From NCBI GenBank assembly GCA_049840735.1, contig JASGJN010000001.1:1-64000 (forward strand): DNA of 64,000 bases. The letters run 5' to 3'. Both the position numbers and the translations under genes were made by a program. Below are positions 10,563 to 24,048 of this stretch, one piece after another (position 1 is the stretch's first letter; every line of letters begins with the position of its first letter). Origin of the DNA: Anaeromyxobacter sp. Its GTDB lineage: Bacteria > Myxococcota > Myxococcia > Myxococcales > Anaeromyxobacteraceae. Under the pieces are notes generated by a model, which was not told the origin of the DNA, made no database searches, and saw nothing but the letters and a program-made list of their open reading frames with translations.

Positions 10563-11348
10563 ATGCGCATCGCACACGTCTCGGATCTCCACCTCGGGCG
10601 CGACCCGGTCACCGACCGGGCGGCCCACCTGCTGGCCCGGGCGCTGGAGGAGGCCGGGCCGCTCATCACCTTCGTCACCGGCGACGTGACCCACCGCGGG
10701 CTGCTCTCCGAGCTGGCGCGCTTCGAGGCCATCTTCCGGCGGCCGCTGGACGCGGGGCGGATGGTGGTGGTGCCCGGGAACCACGACCGGCTGGCCGACG
10801 ACGTGCGCCGGTCGATCATGCCGCGCGGCCGGGTGGACGTGGTGGAGCGGCCGGGGCTGCACATCGTCCGGCTCGACTCGACCGGCCCGCACAACCGCTC
10901 GGTGGTGGACTCGCACGGGCTCCTGACCGCGGCCGACGTGGAGGCGGTCGAGGCGGCCATGGCCACCGCGGCGCCGGGCGCGCTGGCGGTGCTCCTGCTC
11001 CACCACCACCTGCTGCCGCTGCCGCCGGATCACCTGGGCGAGCGGCTCTCCAACCTGCTGGGCTGGCCCAACGCGGCCGAGCTGCGCCTGGGCGGCCGGC
11101 TCCTGGAGCGGCTGCGGGGCCGCTGCGACCTGGTGCTGCACGGCCACCGCCACGCGCCCTCGGAGCGGGTGCTGGACGCCGACGGCCCCCGGCCGCTGCG
11201 GGTCCTCAACGCCGGGAGCACCACCGGGCTGCGCCGGCTCCGGCTGCTCTCCGCCAGGGGCGACCGGGTGACCGGCCTTGAGTGGCTCGGGTTCGGCGAG
11301 GCGCTGCCCGCCCTGGGCGGCGGGGCGCCTGATCGCGCCGTGGCCTGA
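10563..11348 (+). CDS. Calcineurin-like metallophosphoesterase (CpdA/Icc-like)
   Basis: SDLH, TGDVT, PGNHD, LHHH and LHGHRH motifs. Confidence 0.85.
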   Translation: MRIAHVSDLHLGRDPVTDRAAHLLARALEEAGPLITFVTGDVTHRGLLSELARFEAIFRRPLDAGRMVVVPGNHDRLADDVRRSIMPRGRVDVVERPGLHIVRLDSTGPHNRSVVDSHGLLTAADVEAVEAAMATAAPGALAVLLLHHHLLPLPPDHLGERLSNLLGWPNAAELRLGGRLLERLRGRCDLVLHGHRHAPSERVLDADGPRPLRVLNAGSTTGLRRLRLLSARGDRVTGLEWLGFGEALPALGGGAPDRAVA

Positions 11349-11436
11349 GGGCAGGTGAAGCAATCCTCTCCCGTCGCCGGGCGGAGGTTGATTCACGGGC
11401 CCTGAGCCGAACCCGGTTCCGGGTTACCATCCGGGC

Positions 11437-11931
11437 GTGATCGTCCGCCGCCTCACCGCCGCCGACCTGCCGGCCTGCCTGGAGCTGTTCGTCGAGGTGG
11501 CGGCGGAGGGGCAGTGGCTCGCCACCGAGCCGCCCATCGACCGGCGCGAGGTGCGGGCCAGCTGGGAGGCGCTGCTCGCCAGCGGCCAGGGGACGCTCTT
11601 CCTGGCGGAGGACGCGCCCGGCGGCCCGCCCCTCGGGCTGGCGGCCATGGTGGGGCAGGCGCGGCCGGAGCTGGGCATGCTGGTCGCGCGCGCCCACCGC
11701 CGGCGCGGGGTGGGCGAGGCCCTGCTCCGGGCCGCGCTGGAGTGGGCCCGCGGGGTGGCCGCGCCGGAGGTCGTGCTCCACGTCTTCCCGCACAACGAGG
11801 CGGCGCTGGCCCTCTACCGCGCGCACGGGTTCCAGGACCGCGGCCGGCTGCAGCGCGCCTACCCGCGCCGCAGCGGCGAGCGGTGGGACGCCATCCGCAT
11901 GGTGCTCGACCTGTACCCGGCGCCTGGCTAG
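11437..11931 (+). CDS. GNAT acetyltransferase
   Basis: VARAHRRRGVG and HNEAALALYRAHGF motifs. Confidence 0.85.
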   Translation: MIVRRLTAADLPACLELFVEVAAEGQWLATEPPIDRREVRASWEALLASGQGTLFLAEDAPGGPPLGLAAMVGQARPELGMLVARAHRRRGVGEALLRAALEWARGVAAPEVVLHVFPHNEAALALYRAHGFQDRGRLQRAYPRRSGERWDAIRMVLDLYPAPG

Positions 11932-13407
11932 CTACCCCGGCGCGCCGCGCGCCTCCAGCACCAGCCGCGTGCGCAGGTCGTGGAGCCCGCGCTCCAGGCC
12001 CACGGGGTAGCTGTGCGGGTAGACGAACCGCTTCACCCCGGCGTGGAACTGCCCCAGCTGCGCCTGGACCCGCGCGCGCGAGGCCGTGAGCGGCGGCGGC
12101 TCGTAGACCTGCCGGCCGCGCGAGAAGATGGGCACCAGCAGGTCCTCGCCCCGCGCCGCCTGGGGCACCTCGCGGCGGCGGGTCGGGTCGAGCGGGTCGA
12201 TCATCACCGGCGCCTCCGGCAGCCCCAGCAGCTCGTCGTAGATGACGTCGGCCACCGCGCCGTCCGGCCCGCTGACGCGGCGGAGCTGCAGCAGCCCCGG
12301 GATGGTGGTCTTGGCGGCCTGCTCGGAGATCTTCACGCGGTGCACCCAGGGTGATGCCGGCCCGGCCCGCATGGCGCCCAGCTTGTAGACGCCGCCCAGG
12401 GCGCCGTCGTCCTGGCCCGTCACCAGCCGCGTGCCCACCCCCCAGACCGCGATGCGGGCGCCCTGGTCCTTGAGACTCTGGATGATCACCTCGTCCAGCT
12501 CGTTGGAGGCCAGGATGGCCGCCTGCGGGAAGCCGGCCTCGTCCAGCAGCCGGCGCGCCTCCACCGAGAGCCAGGCCAGGTCGCCGGAGTCGAGGCGGAT
12601 CCCCACCAGCTCGTGGCCCTGCTCGCGCAGCCAGCGCCCCGCCTCGATGGCGTGGCGCACGCCCTGCAGCGAGTCGTAGGTGTCCACCAGGAACACGCAG
12701 TTCGCCGGCAGGGCGCGGGCGTAGGCCATGAAGGCCTCCCGCTCGTCCCCGTGCAGCATCACCCAGCTGTGCGCGTGGGTGCCCTTCACCGGGATGCCCA
12801 GCAGCCGCCCGGCCAGCGTGTTGGAGGTGGAGCTGCAGCCGCCCAGGTAGGCGGCGCGCGAGGCCCCCAGCGCGCCGTCGATGCCCTGCGCCCGCCGCAG
12901 CCCGAACTCCAGCACCGGCTCGCCCCGCGCCGCCAGGCAGACCCGGGCCGCCTTGGTGGCCACCAGGGTCTGGAAGTTCACGATGGCGAGCAGCGCCGAC
13001 TCGAGCAGCATGGCCGGGATGATCGGGCCGGAGACCCGCAGCAGCGGCTCGAGCGGGAAGACCACCGTGCCCTCCGGCACCGCGTGGACGTCCACGTCCA
13101 CCTCCAGCTTCGCCAGGGCGTCGATGAAGCCGGCGTCGAAGAGCGTCTCGCCGTCCACCCCCTCCTGCGCGCGCAGGAAGGCCAGGTCCTCGGCGTCGAA
13201 GCGCAGGTGGGACACGTAGTCGATGGCGTGCGCCAGCCCGGCCGCCACCGTGAAGCCGCCGCTGAACGGGTTCTGCCGGAAGGAGAGCGTGAAGGCCGCC
13301 TCCTGCCCCGCCACCCCGCTCTTCCAGGCCGCGTAGGCCATGGTCAGCTCGTAGAAGTCGGTCAGCAGGGCCAGCGAGGGCCGGTACAGCTGCGACGGGG
13401 CGGTCAT
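11932..13407 (-). CDS. pncB: Nicotinate phosphoribosyltransferase
   Basis: LLTDFYELTM, EFGLRRAQG, GTHAHSW, LVDTYD, IRLDSGDL and GGVYKL motifs. Confidence 0.95.
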   Translation of the reverse strand: MTAPSQLYRPSLALLTDFYELTMAYAAWKSGVAGQEAAFTLSFRQNPFSGGFTVAAGLAHAIDYVSHLRFDAEDLAFLRAQEGVDGETLFDAGFIDALAKLEVDVDVHAVPEGTVVFPLEPLLRVSGPIIPAMLLESALLAIVNFQTLVATKAARVCLAARGEPVLEFGLRRAQGIDGALGASRAAYLGGCSSTSNTLAGRLLGIPVKGTHAHSWVMLHGDEREAFMAYARALPANCVFLVDTYDSLQGVRHAIEAGRWLREQGHELVGIRLDSGDLAWLSVEARRLLDEAGFPQAAILASNELDEVIIQSLKDQGARIAVWGVGTRLVTGQDDGALGGVYKLGAMRAGPASPWVHRVKISEQAAKTTIPGLLQLRRVSGPDGAVADVIYDELLGLPEAPVMIDPLDPTRRREVPQAARGEDLLVPIFSRGRQVYEPPPLTASRARVQAQLGQFHAGVKRFVYPHSYPVGLERGLHDLRTRLVLEARGAPG

Positions 13408-13468
13408 CCCTGCATTCTAGACCCCACTCGCCCCTTGCTTCACCGCGTCATCGACATAAGAAAGGGCC

Positions 13469-16313
<2,845 letters not shown>

Positions 16314-16384
16314 GCGGCGCTGCTGCGACCGCCGCGCGGCGCCCGGAATTTGTGGCGCCGCGCGGGGCGCGGTAAACGGACGGG

Positions 16385-16693
16385 ATGCACCTCGGAATCG
16401 CGCTCGCCGTCTCCGCCCTGGTCGCCGCGCTGGTCCTGCTGGTCACCGCGCCGTCCCGCCTCTTGCCGCTCGTCGCCGCGCTCTCGGCGGCGGTCATCGC
16501 CGGCATCGCGATGGGCAAGCTGCCCGCTCACCTCTTCGGCTTCCCGCTGGCGCCGGTGCTGGCCGTGGCGCTGGCCGTCCCCGCGGCCATCACCTGGCTG
16601 CGCTGCACCACCAAGACCTCGATCTCGGCCGGCGCCGTCGCGACCTTCATCGGCGCGCTGGACGCGGCCCTGTGGATCCTGCAGCACCGCTGA
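16385..16693 (+). CDS. Small membrane protein of unknown function
   Basis: 102-aa hydrophobic ORF with about 4 TM segments filling the gap between acnA and the kinase. Confidence 0.6.
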   Translation: MHLGIALAVSALVAALVLLVTAPSRLLPLVAALSAAVIAGIAMGKLPAHLFGFPLAPVLAVALAVPAAITWLRCTTKTSISAGAVATFIGALDAALWILQHR

Positions 16694-16705
16694 GCCGCCT
16701 GCACG

Positions 16706-18842
16706 TCAGCGCAGCGCCCGCGCCCCCTCCGACGGCCCCGGGCGCGGGGCGAGCACGTGCGCAGCCGCCGGCCGCGGCTCGCGCCGCAGCAGCGCCGCCA
16801 GCGTCTCGCGCAGCTCCTCCGGCTCCACCGGCTTCGCGAGGTGGGCGTCGAAACCGCCGGCCAGCGCGCGCCGCCGGTCCTCCGGGCGGCCATAGGCGGT
16901 GAGCGCCACCACCGGCACCGGCGCCTGGCCCAGCGCGCGCTCCAGCCGCCGCAGCTCCTGGACGAAGGCGAAGCCGTCCTGCCCCGGCATGGCGATGTCG
17001 GAGACCACCAGGTCCATCCGCTCGGCGGCCGCCAGCGCCACCGCCTCCGCCGCCGAGCCCGCGCCGGCCGGGCGCGCGCCCCAGGACGCGAGCAGCTGGA
17101 GCAGCAGCTCGCGGGCGTCCCCCTCGTCGTCCACCACCAGGATGCGGGCGCCGTCCAGGCGCGGCCGCTCCGGGCGCACCGCGCGCGAGGCGCCGGGCGG
17201 CGGCAGCGCCGCCGGCAGCGTGACGCGGAAGGTGGCGCCCAGCCCGCGCCCGGGGCTGGTGGCCTCCACCCGGCCGCCGTGCAGCAGCACCAGCTCGCGG
17301 GTCAGCGCCAGCCCCAGCCCCAGGCCGCCGTGGCGGCGCGAGGTCGAGCCGTCGGCCTGGCGGAAGTGGTCGAAGAGCTGGGGCAGGAAGGCCGGGTCGA
17401 TGCCGTCGCCGGTGTCCTGCACCATGAGCACCACCTCGCTCCCCTCCACCGACAGCCGCGCGTCCACGCGGCCGGCCGGCGGCGTGAACTTCACCGCGTT
17501 CGAGAGGAGGTTCCAGGCCACCTGCTGCAGCCGGGCGGGATCGCCCACCACCCGCGGCAGCCCGTCATCCACCGTCCGCACCAGCGCCACGCCCCGCGCC
17601 TGCGCCGCCGGGCGGACCAGCTCCACCGCCGCCTCGAGCGCCGCCACCAGGTCCACCTCGGTCTTCTCCAGCTGGACCACGCCGCGGGTGATGCGCGACA
17701 TGTCGAGCAGGTCGGAGACCACCGCCGCCAGCGCCCGCCCGTTCCGCTCCACCACCGCCAGCCCGCGGGCCAGCCGCTCCGGGTCCCCGGCGGCGTCGTG
17801 CAGCAGGCGCGTCCAGCCCAGGATGGCGTTGAGCGGCGTCCGCAGCTCGTGGGAGAGCGCGTTCAGGAACTCGTCCCGCGCCCGGTTCGCCCCCTCGGCG
17901 TGGTTGCGCGCCTCCTGCTCGCGCCGGAGCGCGCGGGCCAGCTCCTGGCGCGACCGCTCCCGATCCGCCTGGGCGCGCTGGCGCCCCGCGTCGAGCCGAT
18001 CGAGCGCCATGGCGTCGCGCAGCACCAGCGCCGCCATCCCCAGGGTCACCGCCACCACCAGCAACGAGAACCGCCACGGTGGTGTCGGGGTGGACCGCCC
18101 AGCCGCCGCGGGGCGGGTGGCCGCGCCCGAGGGCCAGCGCCGCCCAGCCCAGCGTGGACGGCACGGCGATGACGTAGATGAGCATGCGCCGCGCGATGGC
18201 GCTGCCTGCGCCGCGGCTGACCAGGTTGGCCATCAGGCCGACCGTCGGCCGGCCCAGCAGGACGGCCAGGTCGATGGCCAGGAGGGCGATGGCGGTGGGC
18301 AGGGCGATGGCCGACAGGCCCGGCGCCGAGTAGAGGACCGCGGCGTCGTAGGCATAGCCGACCAGCGCCACCAGCGGCAGCGGGGCCACCCCCAGCACCA
18401 GCACCTGCCCCGCCGTCACCGCCCGGCGGGCGCGGAGCGTGCCGAGCGTCACCGCCAGCCCGGCCAGCAGGAGGTTGAGCGCCGCCGGCGGCCCCATCCG
18501 GCCCGGGCTGGTCACCCCTGCCCCGCCCCCGGCCGCTCCGACCTGCACGAACGCCTGGTCGATGCGCAGGTCCACCCCCAGCGCGTGCTCCAGCACCGTG
18601 AGCGCCCCCAGGGTCGCCACCGTCACGCCCAGGGCGCGCGCCAGCCGGCGGAAGCGGCGGCCCGGCCGCGTCATGGCCAGGGCCCCCAGGCCGAGGAGGA
18701 CGATCCCGATCGAGGTGTTGGGCTGCATCTCGACCGGGCCGGCGATCGAGCGCAGCCAGCTCGGCCCCCTGATCCAGCTGAGCAGGGCAGCCGCCCCGAT
18801 GAGGGCCCCGGCCGCGGAGGCCACACGGGCGGCCCGCCGCAT
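16706..18842 (-). CDS. Hybrid membrane sensor histidine kinase/response regulator; frameshift near 18071
   Basis: Multi-TM N-terminus, SHELRTPL H-box, NLLSNAVKFT, DTGDGI and GLGLGL boxes, receiver domain VVDD...SDIAMP...LAKP. Start approximate. Confidence 0.85.
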
Positions 18843-19164
18843 CCGTTGGGCAGCGCGTCTATCGCGGCGGAAGGTCAAGGCAGGTCCCGGGGGCTGCACG
18901 TGCAAGCTCGCCTGGGGCAAGCTATTTCCGGTGGCGCTGAACGGCATCCAGACAGCCGGCCAACCGGTAGGGACAGGTGGGTCAGCCCTCCCCGGGCCGG
19001 TAGGTCCCCTGGCGCCGGGTTCCCCGGCCGCCCTGCGGGCGAGCAATGTCAGAGGGGGCCCCTAGCCTGACGCTGCCGTTCCCCTGACAGCGCACGCCTC
19101 GACGTCGCCGCAGCGGGCCCGGCAGTTCCTCTCCTCATCCATGAGAGGTCCAGGAGGCACGACG

Positions 19165-19599
19165 ATGGCCGTGAAGGTCATGGTGGCGCCCGCGATCGTG
19201 AAGGGACAGCTCGCGAAGGCGGCAGCCACTCCGGTGAAGACGGCTGAAACGAAGGACGCGCCGCGGCCCAAGCGGCGGCGGTCGTCGGTCTACGACGCGG
19301 ACGGCAACGAGGTGTTCATCACCCTCATGTGCCTGAAGTGCCACAAGATGCGGCCGCTCTCGCAGTTCGGGCTGCGCAAGATGGCGGACGGCGCCATCCG
19401 GAACCAGCCCTGGTGCCGGACCTGCCGGTCGGCCCCGAGCGAGAAGAAGGGGCGCAAGGAGGAGGCCCCGGCGGTCGAGGAGTCCTCGATTTCAGCGGAC
19501 TCCCCGGAGCAGGTCCCCTCCCTCACCGCCGAGGCGCCGAAGCGCAACGGCTCGGTGGCCGCCGAGGTCGCAGCCGCGCTGGCGGCCGGGCGCGGCTAG
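19165..19599 (+). CDS. Small basic protein with a CxxC...CxxC zinc finger
   Basis: AGGAGG RBS before ATG 19165; CLKCHK...PWCRTCRS. Confidence 0.7.
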   Translation: MAVKVMVAPAIVKGQLAKAAATPVKTAETKDAPRPKRRRSSVYDADGNEVFITLMCLKCHKMRPLSQFGLRKMADGAIRNQPWCRTCRSAPSEKKGRKEEAPAVEESSISADSPEQVPSLTAEAPKRNGSVAAEVAAALAAGRG

Positions 19600-19891
19600 C
19601 CCGCGCCGGACCAGGTCAGCTCGCGGCCGAGCCAAGGCCGCGACGGGCGGGATCCGCCCTGGCCACGCCGCGATGGCCTCAAACGGACCTCCTCGACCGC
19701 GAGGCGATCCGCGGAACGAGGCGCTATGCTTGGGTCCGAAGGCCGGGAAACCGAAATTCAAGCCCACAGGTCCATCGGTTAGCCAGCCGGTGGAGTTGCG
19801 ACGCAGGGCGACGTGTCGGATCGTCTCGCCCTGCGCATGGGCGCGCAGGTTCGGGCAGCGAAAAAGACCTCCAGACAACCGGGTGTGAGAC

Positions 19892-21217
19892 ATGGCGGAG
19901 TCCACGCTGAAGCAGAAGCTCAGGGAGAAGATCGAGGCGTTCCGGCCCCGGACCCAGCGCCTGAACAAGGAACTGGCCGAGGTGGTGATCGACAAGGTCA
20001 CCATCGGCCAGGCCATCGGCGGCGCGCGCGACGTCCACTGCCTGGTGACGGACATCTCGTACCTCAATCCGCAGGAGGGCATCCGCTTCCGCGGCAAGAC
20101 CATCCCCGAGACCTTCGCGGCGCTGCCCAAGGTGCCCGGCGCCGAGCAGCCCTTCGTCGAGGGCTTCTTCTACTTCCTGCTCACCGGCGAGATCCCCACC
20201 CTCGCGCAGGCGCAGGAGGTGGCGGAGGACTGGCGCTCCCGCGCCGCGCTGCCGGGGTACGTGGTGGACGTGCTCCGGGCGCTCCCGGCGGACACCCACC
20301 CGATGACGCTGCTCTCGACGGCCATCCTGGCCATGCAGCGCGAGTCGGTCTTCTCCCGGCGCTACTCGGAGGGCACGCTCAAGAAGAACGACCACTGGGA
20401 CCCGATGTACGAGGACGCGATGAACCTGATCGCGCGCCTCCCCGCGGTCGCGGCCGCCATCTACCGCCGCAAGTACAAGAACGGCGCGCCCATCCCGGCG
20501 GACCCCAGCCTGGACTGGGGCGGCAACTTCGCCCACATGATGGGCGTGGCCCGGCCGTACGACGACGTGATGCGGATGTACTTCATCCTGCACTCGGACC
20601 ACGAGGTCGGGAACGTCTCCGCCCACGCCACGCACCTCGTCGCCTCGGCGCTGTCCGACGCGTACTACTCGCTCTCGGCCGGCATGAACGGCCTGGCGGG
20701 CCCGCTCCACGGCCTGGCCAACCAGGAGGTGCTGGCCTGGATCAAGGGCGTGATGAAGAAGATGGACCACAAGCTGCCCACCAAGGAGCAGCTGGAGCAG
20801 TTCCTGTGGGACACGCTCAACGCCGGCCAGGTGGTGCCCGGCTACGGTCACGCCGTGCTGCGCAAGACCGACCCGCGCTTCGTGGCGCAGAACGAGTTCG
20901 CCCGCCGGCACCTCCCGGAGGACCCGCTCTTCCAGCTGGTGAACATGCTCTACGAGGTCGCGCCGGGCGTGCTCACCAAGCACGGCAAGACCAAGAACCC
21001 GTGGCCCAACGTGGACGCGCACTCGGGCGTGATCCAGGTCCACTACGGCGTCACCGAGGAGCAGTTCTACACGGTGCTCTTCGGCGTGGGGCGCTCGCTG
21101 GGCGTGCTGGCCAACATCGTCTGGGACCGCGGCCTGGGCTACCCGCTGGAGCGGCCCAAGTCGGTGACCACCGAGATGCTGGAGAAGTGGGCCGCCGAGG
21201 GCGGGCGGAAGATGTAG
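19892..21217 (+). CDS. gltA: Citrate synthase, eukaryote-like type
   Basis: EGIRFRG, HSDHEVGNVSAH, NGLAGPLHGLANQEVL, VPGYGHAVLRKTDPR, NPWPNVDAHSG and PLERPKS motifs. Confidence 0.95.
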   Translation: MAESTLKQKLREKIEAFRPRTQRLNKELAEVVIDKVTIGQAIGGARDVHCLVTDISYLNPQEGIRFRGKTIPETFAALPKVPGAEQPFVEGFFYFLLTGEIPTLAQAQEVAEDWRSRAALPGYVVDVLRALPADTHPMTLLSTAILAMQRESVFSRRYSEGTLKKNDHWDPMYEDAMNLIARLPAVAAAIYRRKYKNGAPIPADPSLDWGGNFAHMMGVARPYDDVMRMYFILHSDHEVGNVSAHATHLVASALSDAYYSLSAGMNGLAGPLHGLANQEVLAWIKGVMKKMDHKLPTKEQLEQFLWDTLNAGQVVPGYGHAVLRKTDPRFVAQNEFARRHLPEDPLFQLVNMLYEVAPGVLTKHGKTKNPWPNVDAHSGVIQVHYGVTEEQFYTVLFGVGRSLGVLANIVWDRGLGYPLERPKSVTTEMLEKWAAEGGRKM

Positions 21218-21233
21218 CGCGGGCGGGCGGCCG

Positions 21234-21998
21234 CTACGCCGCGGCCGCCGTCGCAGCAGCCGGCTCGGCCAGCGCGCGCTGGGCCGAGCCGCCCTGCTCG
21301 TCCTGGCCCGAGGCGCCGGCGCCGGGCTTCTTCGCGTTCTTCTGGTAGGCCTGGCTGGCCTCGGCCGCCTTGCGCGCCTGGGCCGCCTGCTCCATCGAGG
21401 CGGCCGCCGCCGCCACCGAGAGGTCCTGGCCGGACGGGTTGGCCGGCGCCAGCGCCGCACGCCGGATCTGCCGCGCGATGGCGATGGTCTCGTCCGGCGT
21501 GCGGCCGGCGGACATGCGGATGGGCACCTCGCCGCCCACCGCGTAGGAGCGGCCGTCCGGGCCGGTCTGGTAGCTGAACGACGCGCCGCCCGCCAGCGCC
21601 CCGCCCGCCGCCATGTGCGCCGCCTCGTGGGCGCGCACCTCGCGGTCGCGGGCCACCAGCTGCGTCACCGCCAGCTGCTCCTCGGGGGAGAGCTCGCCGC
21701 GCGACTTCGGCTGCCCGGTCGCCTGCGACTGGCCGCTGCCCTTGGCCTGCTCGGCGGCGCCGGCCTGCTCCGCGTCGGCCGCGCCCTCGACGCCCTCGGC
21801 GCCTTCACCGGCGGTGGCCGGGCCGGCCTCGCCTCCGGCACGGGCGCGCGCCTCGTCGGAGAGGCTCACGCGATCGCGCGGCACCCGGCGGCTCCCGTCC
21901 AGCGGCTCGGCGCCCAGCACAGGCGCGCGCTCGTCCTCGCGCCGGCGCGTGGCCGGTGCGAGCTGGGCGGAGTCGATGCTGGCGATGGAGTACGCCAC
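21234..21998 (-). CDS. SprA-related family protein
   Basis: RDREVRAHEAAH...SYQTGPDGRSYAVGGEVPI...AALAPANPSGQD. Confidence 0.8.
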   Translation of the reverse strand: MAYSIASIDSAQLAPATRRREDERAPVLGAEPLDGSRRVPRDRVSLSDEARARAGGEAGPATAGEGAEGVEGAADAEQAGAAEQAKGSGQSQATGQPKSRGELSPEEQLAVTQLVARDREVRAHEAAHMAAGGALAGGASFSYQTGPDGRSYAVGGEVPIRMSAGRTPDETIAIARQIRRAALAPANPSGQDLSVAAAAASMEQAAQARKAAEASQAYQKNAKKPGAGASGQDEQGGSAQRALAEPAAATAAAA

Positions 21999-22180
21999 GC
22001 CGTCAGTCTACCGTCCGCCAGGGGCGGCCCGCACCGGGTTGCGTCGGCGGGTGGACGGCGCCCCGCCACGCCGACCCGGAAGCCAAGCGGCCGGGATCCG
22101 CGGAGCCCGCGAGATCCCGGCCGATCCCTCCTACCTCCCGCCTGCGGGCAGGGGCCTCACGGACCCGCCGGAGGGAGCGG

Positions 22181-23449
22181 CTACCGCGCGGCGGTGCCGC
22201 TGGCCGGCAGCGGCGTCGCGGCGGGCGCCGCGGCGGGGGCGGCCACCGGCGCCGCCGGCGGCACCGGCGCGCCGGCGAGCTGGGCGTCGAGGCGCCCGCG
22301 GGCAGCGTCGAAACCGGCCCGCGCCGGCGCGTCCAGGCTCATCCGGTGCGTCGCCTGCACGGCGAAGGGATCGAGGACCGCGCCGTCGCCCGACTCGAGC
22401 TGGTAGTGGAGGTGCGGCGCGAAGGAGTGGCCGCTGTTGCCGGAGAGGGCGATCTGCTCGCCCTTCGAGACCTTCTTCCCGGGCACCATCTCCTTGGGCA
22501 GCACGTCGAGGTGCAGGTAGATGGCGTGCTGGCCGGTGGCCAGGCTGCGGACGTCCAGCGAGTTGCCGTTCGCGCCCCAGTTCCAGTTGCGCCGCTCGAT
22601 CACGCCGTCGAAGGTGGCGTAGACCGGCGTGCCCACCGGCGTGCGGAAGTCCACGCCCTTGTGGCGGCGCCCGTCGCGCAGCAGCGAGGTGACCTGGTCG
22701 TAGTCCTGCACCGGCGTGGCCACCAGCCGCTCCTCCAGCTCCGAGCCGTCGGGCCGGTAGTAGCGGGCGTACCTCTGGCCCGGCGCCTGGTAGCGGTACG
22801 CGGCCACGGTGCGCATCAGCTTCTGCGAGGCGTAGCGGACCGCCTCCACCACCGGCTCGCTCGAGATCGGCATCCCGGGCGCGACCGGCGCCGGCGGCGA
22901 GTAGACGATCTCCAGCTGGTCGCCGCGGCGGCCGTCGCGCGCCACCTGGAGGTCCCAGACCAGCAGGCGGTTCACGACCTGGGTCAGCTCCTCGGCCAGC
23001 GCGCGGTCCTGGGCCGGGATGGCGGCGGAGATCGAGTCCTCCAGCGCGCCGCTCAGCTGGATGGCGATCCGGCGAGGGCCGGCCGCTGCGGCGGGTGCGG
23101 CGGGCTGGGCGCTGGGCGCCGCAGGCGCGGCGGAGAGCTGACCAGCGGCTGGCTGCTGCGGCGGCACGGCCTGCGGCTGAGCGACCTGCGCCGTCGCGCC
23201 GGGCACGGCGGCGCCGGGCGCGGCGGCCTCGGGCGAGGCGGGGACGGGCGCCTGGGCGGCGGGGGCGCCGGGGACCTCCGAGCCGAGCCGGATGGGGAAG
23301 GAGCCACCGGGCGAGGTGGCGCGCCCGAGCATGAAGCCGCCGGCCGCGCTGAGGAGCAGCGCCACCAGGAGCGCCAGGCCGCGCCAGGAGCGGCGGGGGG
23401 CGCGGGCGCCGTGCGGAGAGGGAGGGGGATCGAGGGCGAGGCTGACCAT
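22181..23449 (-). CDS. Membrane-anchored M23 family metallopeptidase
   Basis: HKGVDF, YLHL, SGNSG and PHLHY motifs; N-terminal TM followed by a Pro/Ala linker. Confidence 0.85.
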   Translation of the reverse strand: MVSLALDPPPSPHGARAPRRSWRGLALLVALLLSAAGGFMLGRATSPGGSFPIRLGSEVPGAPAAQAPVPASPEAAAPGAAVPGATAQVAQPQAVPPQQPAAGQLSAAPAAPSAQPAAPAAAAGPRRIAIQLSGALEDSISAAIPAQDRALAEELTQVVNRLLVWDLQVARDGRRGDQLEIVYSPPAPVAPGMPISSEPVVEAVRYASQKLMRTVAAYRYQAPGQRYARYYRPDGSELEERLVATPVQDYDQVTSLLRDGRRHKGVDFRTPVGTPVYATFDGVIERRNWNWGANGNSLDVRSLATGQHAIYLHLDVLPKEMVPGKKVSKGEQIALSGNSGHSFAPHLHYQLESGDGAVLDPFAVQATHRMSLDAPARAGFDAARGRLDAQLAGAPVPPAAPVAAPAAAPAATPLPASGTAAR

Positions 23450-23649
23450 GTGCTTTGTTGCTCCGTGGGACGTCGCGTCACCCGTGTGAACGCGCGAGGA
23501 GCGCGCGGTCTTCCAGGGGCGCACCACCGGCGCGCTCGCCTGGCCGTAACACGGCGAACGCCCGCCTGCCTCACCTTCACGCGGCGTGGCGGACGGCCGC
23601 TCCCCGGGCAAGTTGCAGCGTTCGACCAGGTGAGGCGCGCCGCCACCGT

Positions 23650-24000
23650 TCAGAAGCTGAAGCGATCCACCACGCCGCGGCTCCACTCGAGGATGGTGGG
23701 CCAGCCGACCACGGCGTCGAGCGCCCGCTCGGCCTCCTCCAGCGCCACCCGCTGCTCGACCATGCTGGCGCTGCAGGCGACCAGGCGGCAGCTCCCTGCC
23801 TCCCGGGCGTGGTACAGCGCCGCGCCCGGCTCGTCGCCCTCCCCGCCGTGGGCCTCCACCACGGCCGGGACGGCGCCCCCAAACAGGAACACGTCCACCC
23901 GGTCGCCCATGGCGGCGGACGCCAGCGCGCAGGCCCCGGCGAGCCGGAGCGCGCCGGGATCGCCGCTGGACAGGAAGACCACCACGCGCCGCTCGGCCAT
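23650..24000 (-). CDS. DsrE/DsrF-like protein
   Basis: ASAAMGDRVDVFLFG...LVACSASM pattern, 116 aa. Confidence 0.6.
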   Translation of the reverse strand: MAERRVVVFLSSGDPGALRLAGACALASAAMGDRVDVFLFGGAVPAVVEAHGGEGDEPGAALYHAREAGSCRLVACSASMVEQRVALEEAERALDAVVGWPTILEWSRGVVDRFSF

Positions 24001-24048
24001 GCGCCGGTTTTACGCGACCGCGCGCGCGTCTGCTATAAGACGGCCCGC

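Noticed and set aside
23450..23649. c-di-AMP or c-di-GMP riboswitch before the M23 peptidase
   Set aside because: Only generic GC-rich pairing; no consensus motifs.
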